From assembly GCF_000400465.1 (NCBI RefSeq), contig NW_008806275.1:678156-710155 (forward strand): 32,000 bases of DNA, given 5' to 3'. This document shows, piece after piece, positions 1 to 11,354 of the stretch; the first letter of the stretch is position 1; each line of letters starts with the position of its first letter. Below the pieces are notes generated by a model. It worked only from the letters and a program-made list of their open reading frames with translations, searched no databases and had not been told where the DNA came from. Position numbers and translations under genes: made by a program. The DNA comes from Wallemia ichthyophaga EXF-994. Lineage: Eukaryota > Fungi > Basidiomycota.

Positions 1-286
1 TGAACTATTCTCTGCTGGTCCTGCTTTCTTGAACATACTTGCCTGCTGCCTTGTGAGCTGGAGTAAAGTCTCAGTTAAGAATGACTCACAATTGAGTGTT
101 CGTAGTTCAAGTTTAAGAGAAAGAGGGAATCGAGGTCCCAATCAATATTTCAATCAGGTGTCACGAGGCTGAAATTTGCTCGTCAGGAACAGTACCACAT
201 GAGCCTCCTATGCAATAACTCGGTATTGTATATGTGTAAAAAAATGCAATTTGTATTCATTTATCGTGTGAAAATAACCATGTCTT

Positions 287-316
287 AATGCAACCTATTG
301 CAGCCTAATGCAGCCA
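287..316. repeat. Degenerate 10-bp tandem repeat, 3 copies (aatgcaacct/attgcagcct/aatgcagcca)
   Basis: Read directly from sequence, about 70 nt downstream of the NoxA stop. Confidence 0.6.
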
Positions 317-388
317 ATCGAGTAAGTCCGGGAACCGGCCCAAACATACGCACCACTCTAATTTTTAATAAAATGGCTCAGTAAACAC

Positions 389-2901
389 TTAGAAAGATTC
401 TTTGTAGAAGCTACCTTGTGTCAGCCTGTCACGCTGTCACAGTGCATGCTCACCTGAACTCGACCTCCTCGTCCTTCCCCACACTTTTAATAGCTTCCTG
501 AAGTGACTTACCGAGCGGACCAGGTCCGCAAAAAAAGGTGGCGATATTCGTTTTAAGGCGTGCTTCTCTGCCATGGATATATGTGGAGTCTGCCTGGGTA
601 ATTGAGCGCTTCAACTCGCTATAGATGTGCCTCCAATCAGGCCTCCCGAATCGTGTGCGAGCTCTGAGACTTGTGAGTGGGTCAGCCTTGGCGCCTCTGA
701 GACTTATGAGTAATATTAGTAAGCTATTTGCAGCACCTACACATCATTCAACGTTATGTTGTGTATCATGTCATCTTCCCATCTTGTGAGATAGATATTG
801 ATCGAGATAAACGACGAGTGCATTTGCTGACCCTCCTCGATTGCTATAAGAAGTTTCTTAAACCATATAAGAGATCTTTTCGGAATCATTGAGTCAGTGG
901 TGGGGCCTCGTATCGTCTCGTACCTGGCTTACTCGGTTTCACGGCAAATCCAGTAGAACTCGACTCGTTTAAGAGTTCCGAGTTGGTCATTCGCGTTGCG
1001 GTACCTTTGTGAAATATTGAGATTAACCCAAAAGGGCAACTCAACCCACCATAAACTCTTCAATATCGAGGCGAACGGGGTCACGCCGATACCCGCACCA
1101 ACGAGAACGACCACCTCTTGCTTGAGTGCGTGCTGTAGTAAATTATTGGTAATTAATGCACACTCCGCCAACGTCAACGTCACGTACATCTGCTGGTGCA
1201 CCGTATGGACCGTCCACCAGGAATTTCGGCATCTTGCAGTTGCATATGACTTGTGATACATAATCAGAGCTCAAATCATCCTGCTTACCGGTGCCGCTAT
1301 TCATAGCCACACCAAATAATGCGCCCAACGACTTGCTAAAGTCACCGACCTGTCTTACGTGTACGGATATGAACTCATCTTCAGGTGCGCTGTGGCTGAT
1401 TAGCTGGTAGCAACTATGCAAAACTAAACTTACGATGTGATTGTGAACTGCAAAGAATTTCAGCACGTCCAAAGAGCAAACCACGTGGTGTGACCTACTG
1501 GATGCCACTGGAACTTGGATATCTCAGGAACTTGAATCCAAATATATTGACCACTCTTGTATCTAAATGTAGGAGAGGATTAAGAGTGTGCTCTTGATTT
1601 CTCCTCACCCCACTCACTTCAAAGATGGCTAGAGATGCTATGTTAATCGATATGACATAACGCCTTGAAAAAAGCGCACTTTTGCAAAACGTATCTCAAT
1701 CGTGTTTCCAGGATGAACAAGTACTTCTGTAATGTATGTTTTGAGGAAACGTGCTCGTGCCTCCCTAAACAACCGTTCAAAGATGTATGCGATAAATGGC
1801 CACTGTTGTAATGGTTAGAGGGGAGTGAATATGCGTATGATCCGCACAATAATGAATCTCCAGCTACGCAAGTGTCATTAGGCATAAAATACCCTTAAAA
1901 CACACTACACCCACCTCTCATAACCCAGACAATGCTCAGTTGAATAGTAAGGAAAGTAACTACGGAAGTCAGGTGCGGGTGTGTCACGCACGAAACATCC
2001 AGTCGCGTGTGTGAACAGAGCGAGCATAAAAACCAGTGCGCAAACTTGATGCGTATACCAAAACAGCTCAAACTTCTGATGCCTGATAGACGCATGTGCT
2101 GTTGTAAACATGATAAACATGGCGAGTTGCCTAAAGCTCGGTAAGATGCAAATCTTGTGAATCGCTGCACTTGCATGATATGTCCTGTTATACCGCCCGC
2201 CTGTGCATAGTGGATCTGCCAAGCCATGACGGGACGAAGTTCTGAGAGTGAACTTAGAGTGTGCTTTTGGGAATAAAAAATGCCCGCTCTCACGCATTCT
2301 CTCGACATTGATAAAGTTTACCTGCTCACATCAGCTGAATAGGAGGAAAGCCAACTGACACCAACATAGTGTGATGTGACGTGAATAATGGTAAATAATA
2401 GGAGCATGTAAGCAACCTGCTTGTGAAACCAGCTTTTGTTGCTATTAGACGGCTCTTGTAAAGCTCGTATCACGTACACAGGCTCATCAAGTGGAATAAC
2501 CGAACCGAAACAGGAACGAATGACATGAATCAGATTCTTGAGCACTGCGGTGTTATCAGTGTGGATAACACAAAATGCCTAAAATGCCCACTCGGAAGCA
2601 GAATCAATCCGCCATCCAGTGCAAGCACCAGGCCTGCGCCTCTGCTGGCCCAGACAGAGATGCCGAGCTTGTTCAACCCAGCCAGCCGTTCGTTAGTCTG
2701 CTGTGACCACCATCCGTAGACAAACTAGTTTGCTGTGAGCTGTGAGCCTCTCATATCCCGCGTAACGTACAAGGCCGAGATGGACACCGTAAAAGGCGAG
2801 CTGGAACACATTAGACAGGCATAGCGTAAGCGCGGGCCACCCACGTAGAATGCCACCACTCTCGTCATCAATCTGGCTTTGATAGTCCTGAATATCTTCA
2901 T
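389..2901 (-). CDS. noxA: NADPH oxidase catalytic subunit (gp91phox family, NoxA type), about 18 exons
   Basis: Manual splicing reconstructs ferric-reductase TM motifs ([33 protein letters not shown]), FAD-binding QWHPFTITSAP, NADPH-binding DGPYGAPA / [15 protein letters not shown], and C-terminal FFCGP...FYKESF*. ATG 2901, TAA 391-389. No N-terminal extension or EF-hands, so NoxA rather than NoxB/C. Confidence 0.93.
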
Positions 2902-3009
2902 CGTGCTACGTCTAGGCCACGACACACAATGAGGGTGCTAATATGTGAAAATTTTGACATACATCTAGGACAATAAACATACAAGAACGTGCTACTATAA
3001 TCATTAGAG

Positions 3010-4224
3010 TTAGTCGGAGTCGCTGCCGTAGCTAGCAAGGCCGCCCAGTCCACCCACTCCACTCAATCCACCGGAAGGCGGCTGCGCTACCGCGACTGCT
3101 GTTGGCTTGGTTGCGCGCAGCTGAGCTAGCTTGTTGATAGCCTGGAGGGATGTGTTTGATAACAAGCCTTGGTTTGTCGGTTGTTGTGGAGGGTGCGAAA
3201 TTGCGTCATTTCCGCTTGCATCTTCCTCACCCTCAACCTCACTACCTTCACCATCTGCAATCTGCTCGAGTGGCGGCGGTGCTGGAAGGCCATTCTGCAG
3301 CGCCTCCATCTGCCTTGTGGCATGTATGAGCTCCGTATCCATAGCCAGCCTCTTGGTGACCTTCTCTGAACCCTCCTCGGCAGCTCTCTTGCGATCTTCC
3401 TCGATGGCGTCTGCCTTTGGGTCCTCAGTGGCCCACCTCACGTTGAGCGTCTCGCCTTCGTCGAGCGACTGACTGCCCATGGCTTCCTTTGCGAATTGTG
3501 CATTACATTCGTTCTTAAACTTGACAAATCCACATCCTCTACCATGCAGCACTCTCACCTTCTCGATCTCACCAAATTCACCAAAATGCTTGATAAGCTG
3601 GTTCTCCCCTCTACCCTCACCATACTCAGCCATTCTACCGATATAGAGGGTGGAGTTTTGTCTACTAAAGCTACCAACACCGCTCATGTCATCACGGTAG
3701 TTGGCGTGCTTCTCTCTTCCGAACACATCTCTGGACAAGTCATGTAGGATATTTTGTGGACGTGGCAATCTATGCAAATACTGGCACTGAGCGCTAAGTA
3801 AAAAGGGTGTGTAAGTTTGCGCTCCATCTCCAATTCAAATAACTCACCCTAGTGGACAGCATCCTCTAGCGAAGAAAAGGCAATAGGTTTTAGCACCGCT
3901 AGCATCTGCGCGTGTATATCCCGAGTCCTTGGGTACGTCTAGCCTCGTTTGGGCGTGTTCTTTGCTGAGGGAGAAATGTCAGCTGCAACCACACAACCAG
4001 CAACGCTACCAACGTATTTGTAGAATCCTCGTAATCACCGCCTGCCCATTTATTGTACCAGATATCTATCAGGCTCGTCAGCAACCCATCTCTCCATCTT
4101 CCATCTCTCACTCACTGTACGTGAATCCAGTCTGCGCAATCTCCGGCTTCTTAAGCTGCCCAGGCTCAACCTGTCGCCTGGCGGGCTGCACTAATCTCTT
4201 GGGTTTTGGCTGCGAGGTGCTCAT
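3010..4224 (-). CDS. CWC2: Pre-mRNA splicing factor Cwc2 (Torus/CCCH zinc finger + RRM), 3 introns
   Basis: Spliced product has PARRQV, NIWYNKWAGGD, YCLFFARGCCPLGAQCQYLH, DVFGREKHANYRDDMSGVGSF and RRM GCGFVKF...LNVRWATEDP. ATG at 4224. Confidence 0.93.
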
Positions 4225-4276
4225 GGCCGTTTGCGGAAGAGAAGGTTGATCCCAATCTCCCAAGATACACAACGCG

Positions 4277-5558
4277 ATGCCGCCCAAAAGACCAGCTGGA
4301 TTGGGTGCTGCCAGTAAAGCAAAGAAGAACAAGCAGGATGAAAGCAAAAATGAAGACACATCAGTACAAGTGCAACCTACAGCGGCACAAGATGATGAGG
4401 ATGGAGATAACTGGGCGGATCTGGTAGAGCTTTGGGAGAAGTGCAGCAATAGCTTACAGAGTGGGTTAGTTGCGCGGAAGAAACTTCTCTAACCAACGCT
4501 ATAATGTCATCAGGCAGTGAGCCAGCTTCAAGCGCACCACTACTGCGAGGCGTGCTTCACGAGACTTCACGACTCGGAAATATGCATGGATCCGATCTGT
4601 CTGGTTTCCTTACCGAGAACGACAATGGCCAGAAATATCAAGTGCCCTTATCGCACTTCAGATTGATATTGGCTTCTGCAATGCTGGAGTTGGGAATTTT
4701 GATAGCAGCTTCTTCCCATTTAGGTGCAGGTAAGAGTCTAGCAGCCACAGGTGAACCCAAAACAGGAACACCGTTCTTCTCTAGAGCATACTCAGTCGCT
4801 CAGACAATCGAAGACAGTGCTTTCTCAAAAGATAGCGAAATTGTGGCTGGTAGAGCAGCCGCTGAATACCTCAAAGAACGTCTAGAGAGTGAGCCAGAAG
4901 ATGATGCAGACGACGAACTCAAACATGAAAGCAAAGAGCAAATTCTCACTATCGCCAAAGAAAGTCTAGTCAAAGGTGACATGGGAAGCAGATCTTCTTC
5001 ACTTCTGCTTTCAATTGGATCCTTGCTTTCCACCCTTGAAGAGGAAATCATAGATCTCAACTCACCATCCACTGCGGTCGTTGCCTTTACAAGTGCGTTG
5101 AAAGCCGCTGAAAATACACAGGCCAAGTTTGAATCTCTCGTCGGGAAAGCTAGAGTTTTGGTGTCTCGTGGTAGTTACGTAATGGATAAGATCTTTGATG
5201 AGGAAGATACGTTTGGTGACGAAGACGTCGAGGAGTACATTAAAGCTGTGAAGAATGAGTTAAGAGAAGGTGAGTGCGTTAGATCCAAACCTATCTTTAG
5301 CTCAATTCTCTCAATCAACACTAGCAATCAGTAGTTTGGAAGATGCACAAAATATGACCGACGATATAGATGTTGGTGAAGAAGAAGCCGAAGAACTAAC
5401 GTCACTTGTGGGTATATTTTCGACAATTTTATACACCTTCCTCACACTCATCATAACAGCACAAAGAGGCAATGATTGTACTTGCTAATATTCTACCCGA
5501 GGGTAAAGAACAAGAAGAGCTTTTCAATAAAGCGGGGGTGGAAGACGACGAGGAGTGA
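4277..5558 (+). CDS. ETT1: Enhancer of translation termination 1 / Nro1-like protein, 3 introns
   Basis: N-terminus MPPKRPAGLGAASKAKKNK, then DLVELWEK...LRGVLHETSRL, matches the remembered Ett1/Nro1 pattern (KRPLGLGK...LW...GIVHECDRL). Exons join in frame to TGA at 5556-5558. Confidence 0.7.
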
Positions 5559-5735
5559 AAAATAGTTACTTGTTTTGTACCTAACTTATGATGAAAAATG
5601 AAGCTTTAGAGGTGATCCAAGGGAGTGCATTTTACAGGAACATATTGCGCAACTATATCACAATGTACAGTCAAAAAATGCTCACTCCACCTCCATTCAC
5701 CCGTTGCATCATCCTCGCTTCGGTAGCTATTCGTC

Positions 5736-7096
5736 ATGACCAGTATCCTAAGAAATGGAAAAAAGTTGCAAATTCCAAGCATACCTAAGCCCAAGAAATC
5801 CAGTAACCAAAAGGAATACACTCACGATCAAGCCGTCGAGCTAGTAGCCTCATTCCTAACTCAAGATATTGCGAGAGGGAAGACGGCGATACTGAGCGGG
5901 GCGGGTGCGAGTGTAGAGAGTGGGATAAGATCGTACAGAGGAAAAGAAGGACACTACGAGTTACACAAAAAGTAAGTTGCATGATGTTGTAACGTTCGCC
6001 ACCAGTAAGCTAATGCAGGGTTTAGATATCGACCCATATTCTATCACGAGGTTAGTTGCTGAGCGCATGCTGAGAAGCCATTTGACCGATTGTAGTTCAT
6101 CGAAGACTCAGATCAAGGACGTCTATTCAGGCAGCGCTATTGTGAGTGCTGATTACCGTGTCTTCTCGACACAGTTGACGAGATAACTCACAGGGGCGCG
6201 ATCATTTTTTGGTTATATCCCCGTACAGAATGCCAAACCAAATAGAGTGCACTACAGCGTGGCTGCACTGCAGTACATGAATCTGGTCGACAAGCTAGTC
6301 ACACAAGTGAGTACAACAGAATGTTGTGTGTATAACCCCACCCTAATAACACGCCACCCGCACTACAGAACGTAGACAGACTGCACCACCGAGCTACCCC
6401 CGAATCACTCAATCCAGATTCACGAATACTGGAGCTGCACGGCACACTGAACTTTGCAGTGGTGCCGAGCCACCCGAACCACCCAAAAAAGCTGCGTTCA
6501 GATCTTCAAGCTGAACTCGCCGCTCTCAATCCTAGTTGGGCGGAGTTTGCGGACTCGCAGGCAAAGTTGAAGCAAAATCCAGATGGCGATGTCGAACTTC
6601 CTAGTGGATTGACATACGAAACATTCAAAGTACCTCCTCCTGACGGATTAGAAGGCGACCGCAGCGCTTTTTACAAACCAGATGTCGTTTTCTTCGGTGA
6701 GACACTCAGTCCGCATCAGAAAGAAGAAAGTATAAAGGCCATTGAAGACGCGGATAGGGTGTTGGTTGTTGGCAGCTCCTTAGCTACATACTCTGCTTTC
6801 AGACTAATCAAGCAGGCTATAGAGAGCAAGAAACAGGTCCTTATGTTGAACGTGAGTGGATTTTTGTTACGACGCAACCAATTCACACAATGCAGGTCGG
6901 ACCTTCTCGTGCAGATGATTACGATATTACAAAGATAGAGTTGCCCGCTGCAGACGTCCTTCAAGGTGCTGTTAAATTGCTTGCATCGAAACTGCCACAC
7001 GATGACATGCTCAGCAAGCTTTCTAGCAGCGGCGTGAATATCTCCATCGAGGACATAGGGCCTATGCCAGATCCCGAGGCTACAGAAGCCAAATAA
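5736..7096 (+). CDS. NAD-dependent deacylase, class II (SIRT4-like) sirtuin, 367 aa
   Basis: Exons 5736-5971, 6026-6050, 6096-6141, 6194-6306, 6369-6851, 6896-7096 sum to 1104 nt in frame. Motifs GAGASVESGIRSYRG, RQRYWARS, TQNVDRLH, ELHG, NPDGDV, KPDVVFFGE, VGSSLATYSAFR. Confidence 0.92.
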
Positions 7097-7248
7097 AAAA
7101 ATTTGCAAAGATGTGAAGAAACGGATGAATTACATAGTAAACAGTATTAATAACAATTGAGACATAGCTGAAACAGGTAATGCTAAGCAAGAAAACTGAA
7201 AAATCTATCATGTGTGACTTAAGTTCGTTGAGAGTAACACACATCCTA

Positions 7249-8635
7249 TCAACCACTCTCAAAGAGATACTCTGCAAAGGAGACAGTTGGCTGCTTCCAC
7301 GGATGAGTTGTAGCAGGCTTAGGTGTGAGCTTGCGAGGAGTACTTGTTCTGCTTATGCTTGGGGATGTGCGTTCGACATCACTCTCTTCTGTATCGCTAT
7401 CTCTCACAGCTCTGCTCGATCTATCTGGGGTTGATGCACTCCTGCTTATTCTATCCCTTGGAGAACTTTCATCATCGCTAATGAGTTTGTCTTGTATGTT
7501 GACCCTGTTATGTAAATCATCGGTAATATCGGCCCAAGCAGCGCTCGCGCTTGCGTCTCTATGATCAGCAACATTCTCCTCTGCCTCTGAAGGAGTCATG
7601 TTGAGATCGCTTGCTGTATCACTAGCCGCCTCACTAGCAACCTCGCTGGCCACCTCACTAGCGCTATCGACTTCACTCGTTGGTGGCGTGTCCAAATCGT
7701 CATGTTTGATTTGCTTGTCGAGGGGCAAGCGTGGTTTGAGGAGGTGCGTAACTCTCTCACCATCGCTGTTGGACTTGGAGAAGCTAACAACGCCCCACCA
7801 ACGCGCTACACAGTGTACGACGAATCTTTCGAATTTCTCCGGAATAAGCCAAACGAGACTGCTTGAAGAGCGTGACAACTCAATAATGCTGGGTAGTTCA
7901 ATGCACTCCTCGTTATCCTCGTGGAAGTGGCCATTAGCGTGGCAAGTGGTTGTGGCATCGATTACTCTACCACGACTATGGATGTTATCGTCCGGATTAA
8001 CAACCACATGGCTGTTGACGCCAAGTATCCTAAAGCTTACTGTGAATACCAATAGCCTGCTAGACAGTAGCCACCCACCAATGACGTATTTCAGACTCAG
8101 TTGCCTGTACAACGAATCTGGCCCTGGCGGAACCAGTTCCTCTTGGAGCCAGGGTTTTTCTGATGCCTTTCAAGCTTACGTAGAAGGAGCCTATAGTGAG
8201 TGTCAGTTGAGCCCCTTTCCAACTTAGCTATGTCACACCTTCGTCACCTGCAGCAGGCGATTTACGCTGTGATCGGCCGCGGGCGGTTGTGGACGAAGGA
8301 ACAGGCTGATTGCGAGGCAAGAGCGAAGGTGGGAGAGGAGAAGGGAAGGTAGATTTGTAGGAGTGCACTGGCGCAGATGCATCATCCCTTTCAGCGCCTT
8401 TAGCTCTGCTGGTGAGGGTAGAATCGCGCTCTTGGATGTATCTACGCCGCTTTCCGATATAACCGTCACTCTTTGATTTGTGTGTGTTGTTGATGTACTC
8501 GCCACGGAGCTGTGTAAGCTTTGGATTTGTGAGAATGGCGGGGAAGCTGGATTGCTGGTAATGGATTTGGCTTGTCTGCTCAGTGACAGCTGTGATTGGC
8601 TGCGATTTAATCCTTATATCGTGACTATCTCCCAT
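7249..8635 (-). CDS. R3H-associated N-terminal domain protein with acidic/Ser-rich tail, 2 introns
   Basis: Spliced segments FYVSLKGIRK...FVVQATESEIRHW and LVWLIPEKFERFVVHCVARWWGVVSFSK...RVTHLLKP resemble fungal R3H-assoc/R3HDM4-like proteins. Both introns are canonical GT-AG. Confidence 0.7.
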
Positions 8636-8700
8636 TTTTCAGCGTTGACGTCGTCGTGATGATGGTAAGGGCTAAACAGTCATCATAGATATCCAGGCAA

Positions 8701-11218
8701 ATGAACTACATTTACCAACTCACTCAAGCTGCCACTACGGCTGTTCTTGAGAAATCTGGCAGGAATCTCCCTTTCTCACTCGGTGCTGCTACCGGCAAGC
8801 ATTCCATCTGGGATACCTTTGAGGGCGAGAAAAGAGACGACAGCTCCCCGCTTACTATATTCGTCTATAACAAACACGCAAATCAGAGATATACCCAGCT
8901 CGCTACAAACGCAATGAGGAAGCTGCGTACACTCAGGCACCCACAAATACTCAAATTCATCGACGCTATAGAAACTGACTCAATGATATACATTGCAACT
9001 GAGAGAGCCACGCCGCTTTCGAAATTCCTCCCTTCCGATGACACGATTTGGCTCACTTGGGGGCTACAGAGTGTATCACAGGCTTTGGCATTCTTGCACA
9101 CTCTCACACACTCTATACATGGCTCTGTGTCTAGCGATAGCGTTTTCGTATCCCACTCCGGCGAATGGAAGCTTGGCGGGTTCGAGTTGTGTACAACGCA
9201 GACTGAGCTGAGTAATGGTATTCTGGAGAGCAACTACGACTCGAAACTGGCTGCACCCGAAGCCAGGCAGGGCTTTGATGCCATTCCAACCAACCCTGTT
9301 TCCAGCCTCGACTCATTCAGCTTGGCACTGCTTATCAGCCAGCTATACAACCCCACAAAACCACTCCCCGTAGACTTAACAGCCGCGCCTGCACCAAATA
9401 GCAGAGGTATGATACCAACCAGTCTATTCAACTCGTACCGCAAACTCCTCAACCCATCACCGAAGAATAGAATCTCAGTAGACACTTTCTTGCACCTTGG
9501 AAAGAACACACAGGAAACTCAAAACGGAGCGTTCTTCACGCAAAACCCTCTGATCGAGTTGTGCCAAGGATTGGAAATGTTCAGCCTTATGAGACAGACG
9601 GAAAGGGTAGTATTCCTCAAAAACCTATCGCACCTCCTCAACTACGATAACTCTAATGAGGGTATACTAGGTGAGAATAGAGTGTCAATACCAAACTCGC
9701 TAGCAATACACAGAATACTACCAACATTAGTCCATTCGGTTGAGTACATGACAGCGGGTGATTCAGCCCCTTCACTCGTACCTCTGATTGTTAGAATAGG
9801 TATGCGTCTAAGCACGGAAGACGAGCGCAGCACAGCCATCAGCAAGCCTCTGCTAAGGCTATGGATGAGTCCAGACCGAGGAACGCGCATGGCGCTACTC
9901 GAAGATCTCGAGCGGTATATAGATGTGCTATCGAACAAGATAGTAATCAACGAGCTATGGCCACATCTGCTTACTGGATTCAACGATACCGCTGCTGTTA
10001 TTAGGGAAGCTACCATCAAAGCCGTCCCGCTCCTACTGCCGAAACTCTCCGACAGAATCATCAACAATGAGCTCCTCAAGCAGCTAGCTAAGGCACAGCT
10101 AGACCCTGAGCCTAGCATCCGCACCAACACGTGCATCTTGATCGGTAAACTTACTCCCAAATTGTCCCTCACGACGCGCAAGAAGGTCCTAGTTGCAGCG
10201 TGTGCACGCGCCATGAAGGACAGCTTCCCGCCAGCCAGAGCAGCCGGTCTGCGCACGTTGCTAGCTACAGTAGATGACCAAGAAGAAACAGACTTAGCGA
10301 CGAGGGTGTTGCCGACGATATGTCCCTGCCTTCTCGACAAGGAGAAGAGCGTTCGCGATCAGGCGTTTGAAGTACTCAGGAATATCGTTGACAGAATCGA
10401 AAATATAGCCTCTAAGATGCCAGAAACGGTTGTTAAGCCAGACGAAGAAATTGATTACAGCTACAGCGGCACTGCTGGTAAATCCTTTTTAGGCGACGAT
10501 CAGCTGGGTAGTGCTGCAACAGCGATAGCCGGCTGGGCATTCGGAACATCGACGACGAGCAAAAAGGTAGGGTTAATGAAGCTTACGACAAAGTAAATCA
10601 CTCATCACACCCCAGCTCGAAGCCAGCGAGGCTACTACAGCGATGTCGTCAGCAGGTCCAGAAGCTGCGGCGAGCATGCCTTCTCCAATGCTACCAACGC
10701 AATCTACACCCCAGCTCGATAAACCGATGTCGTCTGGAGGAATGAAACTGGGCAGCAACAAACCCTCACCCTCTCCATTGCCTTTCGAGGACGACGAAGG
10801 CGGGTGGGGAGATCTCGAAGAACCTAAGAGCATACCAAGCATACCCGAGATGCATGCGTCAAATACATCTGTATCTGCTCCAACCAGACAGGCTGGTAGT
10901 GCACCAGCAGCACCTTCACTTCAGCCGATAAAACCAACTAACACTGGCAGCATGGCCAGACCAGGGTTAGGTGCACCATCACCAGCGCTGAATCGAGCTA
11001 ATACCACCAATAACGCACCAACTGAAAGCCACATCAGTGTCCAGAAATCACACTCTTTGCATACACTCTCCCCATCCCCATCCAGCCCATCAACACCACT
11101 CAGTAAAGAAGAAAAAGCGCAAGATCTCGCTCGCAAGAGAGAAGAGAGAGCACAGAAGATCGCCCAAATCAAGGCTGCGAAGGCTGCTGCAACTGCCAAC
11201 ACTGGTACACTTATCTGA
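8701..11218 (+). CDS. CEX1: SCY1-like pseudokinase with HEAT repeats (Cex1/SCYL1), intron 10567-10615
   Basis: KLRTLRHPQILKFID, WKLGGFE (no DFG), HEAT region GFNDTAAVIREATIK / IRTNTCILIGK / DSFPPARAAG, and a disordered tail ending in a coiled-coil. Confidence 0.9.
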
Positions 11219-11354
11219 AACAGTACCTACCATGCAAATAGTGCTAATAATACTCATGTCTAGACATAACATACAATGCATATATATAATAGCAAAAATA
11301 GCAAATTTCAAAACTTGTGGGTGCTCGAAATTAATGTATATTTCATCACTCATC

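Noticed and set aside
1-60. Possible start of a minus-strand gene running off the left edge (ATG at 36: MFKKAGPAENSS), preceded by a 32-nt intron-like segment
   Set aside because: Only 12 codons are visible, there is no recognisable motif, and the putative intron is shorter than any other here.
7598-10340. Long antisense ORFs (for example 7598-8227 + and 9642-10340 -) and many other ORF-track entries
   Set aside because: They are shadows of real genes on the opposite strand or in alternate frames, with non-ATG starts and no recognisable protein features.
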